DNA of 64,000 nucleotides from positions 17,297,360-17,361,359 of the forward strand of contig NC_043019.1 of assembly GCF_006345805.1 (NCBI RefSeq), in the 5' to 3' direction. This document shows, one piece after another, positions 62,331 through 64,000 of this stretch (its first letter is position 1; each line of letters begins with the position of its first letter). The position numbers were made by a program, and so were the translations under genes. Source of the stretch: Octopus sinensis. Taxonomy: Eukaryota. The notes under the pieces are model-generated. The model made no database searches, had not been told where the DNA came from, and worked only from the letters and a program-made list of their open reading frames with translations.

Positions 62331-62854
62331 TGTGGAAGATGCATACCTTGTCTTTATATAAAACAAGCGTATCTTCTCTTTTGTATATCATTGTCTGCAT
62401 CAGTGATTTTCAAATGAGCAATAAATTGCTTTTTACTTCTATAACACAAAATATTTTAACAATTTTTTGATACAATTCCTAATAATATTTTATAAAAACA
62501 TAATAGGGTATTTTTCAATATCAAATGGCTATGGGGATACATCCAAGTGAAATAGTAATTAAAGGGGTCCATAGATAAAAAATGGTTGAGAAACACTGGC
62601 CTATATTACTGAATGTTAGTTGGTTGTGATTTAAGGAAGGTTTGACTGTTATTTCTAGTGGGGTGAGCAACCATTTTTGAAATACCAGTTACTTATGTTA
62701 GTGGTTAGGTGTTTTTCTAATGACGTGTATTTAACATAGTTTACTTACTTAACAATATTTAGTTATATGAACCACTAAGAATATTCGGGACAGATTGTGT
62801 GAAGTCGTACTGTTGTTGCATGTTGGAATTAGAATTTTATCTTTTGCTGTGTAC

Positions 62855-63178
62855 TCGTTTCAGTCATTAGACTGCAGCCATGCTTGAAGAATTTTAGTTG
62901 AAGCCCTAGTACCTGTTCTATTGGTCTCTTTTCTCAAACTGCTAAGTTACGGGGACATAAACATACCAACACTGGTTATGAAGTGGTGGTGAGTGACAAA
63001 TACACACACACACATGCACACAACAGACTTCTTTCAGTTCCTGTCTACCAAATCCACTCACAAGGCTTTGGTTGGCCTGAGGCTATAGTAGAAGACACTT
63101 GCCCAAGGTTCCACACAGTGAGACTGAACCTGGAATGATGTGATTGGGTAGAAAACTTCTTAACACACAGCCATGGCT
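62855..63178 (-). mobile_element. SINE family A, diverged
   Basis: Reverse-complement motifs. Confidence 0.75.
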
Positions 63179-64000
63179 GCATTTTCTTTCACTGACATTT
63201 TCCAAAGATTTTTGTTAAAATAGATTTTTCAAAGAATATAAAGTTAGTTAATGGAATTAATAGATTCATGAGATTAATACTTGTTTGATAACTATTAATA
63301 GATTAACAACTAGCAATACCTGTGGAAAGTCCACATTTTATAAATGTTTATAGTTGTATTTGATGCATAAATTTGTAGATCTTCATAACGTTGTTCCATT
63401 CTGTTAAAGATCTGGATTATGTCTTTCATACAACCCTTTCATTACCATATTTCTGCTGAAATATACTCCTTTTGTTTCAATTAATTTTTAGAATAATTAA
63501 GAATTTCATAAAATAATTTTGTCATTATTAAGCTGGTGCTTGGAACTTAAATTAGCCTGAAAAGTTTGATGAAAGATTTTAATTTAGATCTCTTTAAAAC
63601 AGGATGTTTGTGTCCTTTAATCAGGGGTGCCTCAGATGGATTGGTAAAAAAAGGGTTAAAATGTAACATTGCAGTTTGTTTCATTGTGTTAAAGATTTTG
63701 ATTGTCTTTGATTTTGCTGTTAGTGTGTTGGGCTCACAATCACGAGGTAGTGAAGTCAATTCCCAGACCGGGCTGTGTGTTGTGTTCTTGAGCAAGACAC
63801 TTTATTTCACGTTGCTCCAGTTCACTCAGCTGTAGAAATGAGTTGTGACGTCACTGGTGCCAAGCTGTATCAGCCCCTTTGCCTCTCCCTTGGATAACAT
63901 GAGTGGTGTGGAGAGGGGAGGCTGGTAGGCATAAGCTGGTCTTCCACGAACAACTTTGCCCAGACTTGTTCCTTGGAGGGGAACTTTCTAGGTGTAATCT

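Overview
AT-rich, repeat-dense animal genomic DNA. The SINE families and (TA)n/(TG)n load suggest a cephalopod, probably Octopus (inference). The left third holds an 11-exon, plus-strand BTBD9 orthologue (BTB-BACK plus two discoidin-like repeats; exons 67-19327). Its start codon is not in the window, and its last exon may carry a frameshift in an (ACC)n tract. A CpG/GC-rich promoter-like island at about 39.3-39.7 kb carries splice signals on both strands. The rest is tRNA-derived SINEs, LINE fragments, a decayed Gypsy element, a mariner fragment, Helitrons and MITEs. The most notable unannotated signal is a set of minimal type I hammerhead ribozyme motifs of the Penelope/retrozyme kind. One has an intact core and lies in sense orientation in BTBD9 intron 9; four others are more degenerate. 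Other highlights are an in-frame duplicated splice donor and several long hairpins that are candidate dsRNA/ADAR substrates. All alignments and folds were done by eye.
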